From NCBI RefSeq assembly GCF_020745735.1, contig NC_083435.1:38651090-38715089 (forward strand): DNA of 64,000 bases, written 5' to 3'. Under the pieces are notes generated by a model that was not told the DNA's origin, searched no databases, and saw nothing but the letters and a program-made list of their open reading frames with translations. The translations under genes were made by a program, and so were the position numbers. Shown one piece after another: positions 60,481-64,000 of the stretch (position 1 is the first letter of the stretch; each line of letters begins with the position of its first letter). This DNA comes from Hemiscyllium ocellatum (lineage: Eukaryota).

Positions 60481-61159
60481 CTCCTGCCATTTTACCTAGA
60501 CCTTGGCCCCTGGGGCTAGAGTTCCTCGCAATGTATGGCACTTCTGTGGCATTGCCTTAATGCCCTGCATGTGGAGGGTGTAGCACCCTTAGTCAGTGCT
60601 TCAGCTTCTGTCTTAGGGGGACAATTTGCAAGTCGGGTGCCTCTTTGGTGGCAGATATTTAAGTGGCGTCTGAGTTCTCATGGAGATCGCCACCCCCCCC
60701 CCACCTCTTCTCCCTTCCCCCTACGTAACTCCCATACCTTCCCAGCTCACTTTACAGCAATGGTTTGCTCATGCACTTGATGCATTCCGGAACCTTCCTG
60801 CCAAATAATGGTCTGATAAATTGTCTGCCATCCCATTCCTGATGATGCTTTGTTGTTGTAGTTAGAGACTGCACATTGTTGTCATAGTAACAGAATGATA
60901 CCTGCTTCAGCTGTCAATTTAGCAGGTCATCCAACAGGCCTTAGGTTGTTTGTGAGCTGCTGGAATCCCTTGCCTTGTCAATAAAGTCACCATAGTCTTA
61001 CCAGACCATTGGCTGCTATCTCACAAGAGACAGAGAGAGACAATTGGTGGTGGTTTAAAATGAGGTGAGAGAAGGAGAGACCTTCATGGTAACCTTAACC
61101 TGTGCTGGAATTGAACCCACGCTGTTGGTATTCTCTGTATCAAAAAACAGCTATCTAGA

Positions 61160-61445
61160 GACACAGGTAAAGTTCTGGGGACAGAGGTTCAAATCCCATC
61201 ATGGCAAATGGTAGATTTTGAATTCCATAAAAATCTAGAATTAAGAATCTAACGATGACCATGAAACTATTGTCAATTGTTTGAGAAACCCATCTTATTC
61301 AGGGAAGGGAACAACCATCCTTACCTGGTCTGGCCTACACATGATTCCAGACCCATAGCCAATATAGTTGACTTTTAACTGCCCTCTGAGGGCAATTATG
61401 ATAGATAAATAAATGCTGGTCTGACCAGCAGTGCCCTCATCTGTA
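61160..61445 (+). mobile_element. tRNA-derived SINE of a second family (related copies at about 44120-44290 and 48150-48480)
   Basis: ggttcaaatcccatcatggc...gaccatgaaac...ccttacctggtctggcctac...gggcaatta...aaatgctgg. Confidence 0.65.
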
Positions 61446-61669
61446 AATGAATTTTAAAAAAACTGAGCTAATCAACTCCCTCAGATCACTTTGATGTGGA
61501 TAACCAGTACCAGAAATGGGACAGTGAGTGAGTTCTAGGTGGTGCCCGAGCCACCATGTTTGACCCAGTTTGTCCCATCTGGGGACTTATAACTCCACCC
61601 CTGATGTAGACTAATCTCCCCTGATGTTTGCTCCTGGGTTAATGGTAGAAATTAATTCTCAGAAAACAT

Positions 61670-62455
61670 TTACAAGAATGTTGCTAGGGTAGGAGGATTT
61701 GAGCTAGAGAGGCTGAACAGGCTGGGGTTGTTTTCCCTGGAGCGTCGAAGGCTGAGGGGTGACCTTATAGTGGTTTATAAAATTATAAGGGGCATGGATA
61801 TGATAAATAGACAAGGACTCATCCCAGGGTTGATAGGGTGGGGGGAAATCGAGAACTAGAGGGCATAGGTTTAGGGTGAGAGGCGAAAGATTTAACAGGG
61901 GCCTACGGGGCAACATTTTCCACACAGAGGGTGGTACATGTATGGAATGAGCTGCCAGAGGATGTGGTGGAGGCTGGTACAATTACAACATTTACAAGGC
62001 ATCTGAATGGGTATATGAATAGGAAGGGTTTGGAGAGATATGGGCCAAATGTTGGTAAATGGGACTAGATTGTGGGCGGCACGGCGACACAGTGGTTAGC
62101 ACTGCTGCCTCACAGCGCCAGAGACCCGGGTTCAATTCCCGCCTCAGGCGACTGACTGTGTGGAGTTTGCACGTTCTCCCCGTGTCTGTGTGGGTTTCCT
62201 CCGGGTGCTCCAGTTTCCTCCCACAATCCAAAGATGTGCAGGTCAGGTGAATTGGCCATGCTAAATTGCCCGTAGTGTTAGGTAAGGGGTAAATGTAGGG
62301 CTAGGGGTATGGGTGGGTTTCAGGTCGGTGTGGACTTGTTGGGCCGAAGGGCCTGTTTCCACACTGTAAGTAATCTAAATCGGGTTGGGATATCAGGTCG
62401 ACATTAACAAGTTGGACTCAAGGGTCTGTTTCTGTGCTGTACATCTCTATGACTC
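61670..62455 (+). mobile_element. CR1 LINE 3' fragment interrupted by a SINE
   Basis: CR1 tail gggactagatt|gggttgggatat split at 62074-62379. Confidence 0.88.
62074..62379 (+). mobile_element. Full-length young HE1-type SINE
   Basis: gggcggcacggcgacacagtggttagcactgctgcc...ttccacactgtaagtaatcta. Confidence 0.95.
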
Positions 62456-63654
62456 CTGCAGGGGGAGACATTGTAAAGGCAGGGTGTGTGACTGAGGCTG
62501 AAGTTTAACTGAACATTCTGCTGAAGATACCTGAAGAAGGGCTTATGCCCAAAACGTTGATTCTCCTGTTCCTTTGAGCTGCCTGACCTGCTGTGCTTTT
62601 CCAGCAACACATTTTTAAGCATTCAGCACATGACCCAAAGACAGCTGATGGTCAGTCAGGCTGTGATCAGATTGGTTTATGGATTAATCTCAACCATTGA
62701 CACAGCAATTAGAGACATTTTCAAATAATACCAGCTAGTCGGAGAACTTTCACTTTGTGACACATGGAGGAACAACCAGCATTTCCCACTCACAAGCTGC
62801 AGCAAAACACATTATATTGAAATACTGGCATCATCGCGGTCACTCTTATCATTCACTGAGACACAGATATGGTTTTCAGATACTGTACAAACAGGCAATG
62901 TGTAATAATGCATGAAACTAAATCAATCTGATACACATTCTGTTCCTGCCCTGGGACTATACAGGATCTGATCATTGCATCTGAATACCCTGTGTTCAGA
63001 AGGTGAGGGGAGTCTGACAGTAAACAGTGTCAAACCAACCAGAATTTATGATCAGGATGAAGGAGTGAACAAGACCTGTGTCCTCACCCTTGTCTTGAGG
63101 CTTGGACTAATTTGAGAAGATTGGGTAATGCTGACGGCAGAGGCACTAACCAAAAGCAGAGTGAAGATTAGAGTGGTGCTGGAAAAGCACAGCAGGTACC
63201 CGAAACATCGGTTTTCCGGTTTTCCTGCTCCTCGGATGCTGCACCACTCTAATCTTGACTCTGATCTCCAGCACCTGCAGTCCTCACTTTTGTCTACCTG
63301 AGTACCTAAAAGCAATATAGTCCCAAACTGTGAACTCTAACTTTTCAAACATTGTGAGATTATGATTAACTTCAGTGACTGACCTCTAACCCTTTGTTTA
63401 ACTTTATTTTCTCTGCATCTATAAAAGATGGGAAAGGAGAAGAAGACAGCAAAAACGGCAGAGTTAGGTTTTAGTTTCCAATTTCTCAATATCCTGAACT
63501 TTCAGAGGTAAAGCCCAATGAAACATTGGAAATCATATTTCTCTCTATAGAGACACTTTGATTGAATCAAATAAAGTAAATGCAAGGGTTTCAGCTTGGA
63601 ATATGAAATAGAAATGGAGGACAGCAGGAGACATTAGAAACAGAGTAAAACAGA

Positions 63655-64000
63655 AACTGTTTAGTCCTACAACATGGAGACAGGCCCTTTAGCCCAAACT
63701 GGTCCATACTGACCAATATTCCACTTGCACTAACCCCATTTCCCTACACTTGATCCATATCTTTCTAATCCTTTCTTATCCATGTATTTGTCCAAGTGCC
63801 TTTTAAATGTTGTTAATGTACCCACCTAAACCACGTCTGCTGGCAGCTCATTCCATCTGTGTACCACCCTCTGTGTAAAAAATGTGCCCCTCAGGTTCCC
63901 TTTTATTCATTCCCCTCTATCTAACTTTAAACTGATGCCCTCTAGTCCTTGATTCCCCAACCCTGGGAAAAAGACAGAGTGCATTCACCCTATCCATGTC
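63655..64000 (-). mobile_element. CR1 LINE 3' fragment running off the window
   Basis: Reverse complement gives NIFTQRVVHRWNELP-like sequence. Confidence 0.85.

Noticed and set aside
62074-62145. tRNA gene-like A/B boxes (also at 57.6 kb and 59.0 kb)
   Set aside because: These are SINE heads that continue into the SINE body and tail, with no complete cloverleaf

Overview
Eukaryotic genomic DNA from a cartilaginous fish, most likely a bamboo or carpet shark. This is inferred from the HE1-type and Deu-type SINEs, the CR1 and Penelope families and the similarity to shark MHC proteins. The only host gene I can reconstruct is a complete six-exon MHC class II beta-chain gene on the + strand. Its exons are 415-553, 11754-12014, 14330-14611, 19106-19222, 21442-21471 and 22637-22662. 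All five introns are GT-AG and phase 1, giving 284 aa, with a poly(A) signal at about 23204. It has three unusual traits: a promoter with ten same-orientation ATTGG (Y-box/NF-Y) motifs, an (Ile-Pro)6 coding microsatellite in the leader, and substitutions at the betaW61, betaH81 and TM-glycine positions. The remaining ~41 kb is mostly transposon debris: CR1 LINEs (some nested), Penelope-like elements carrying three families of minimal hammerhead ribozymes, SINEs, a TA-flanked MITE, a Gypsy gag relic, Harbinger transposase and Myb relics, and a 33-bp minisatellite. Inside this debris is a near-textbook MHC X1-X2-(20 bp)-Y promoter module on the - strand at 44029-44070. It faces the beta gene, has no recognisable downstream gene, and has a triple NF-kB cluster 3.4 kb upstream. 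All coordinates were read by eye and repeat boundaries are approximate.
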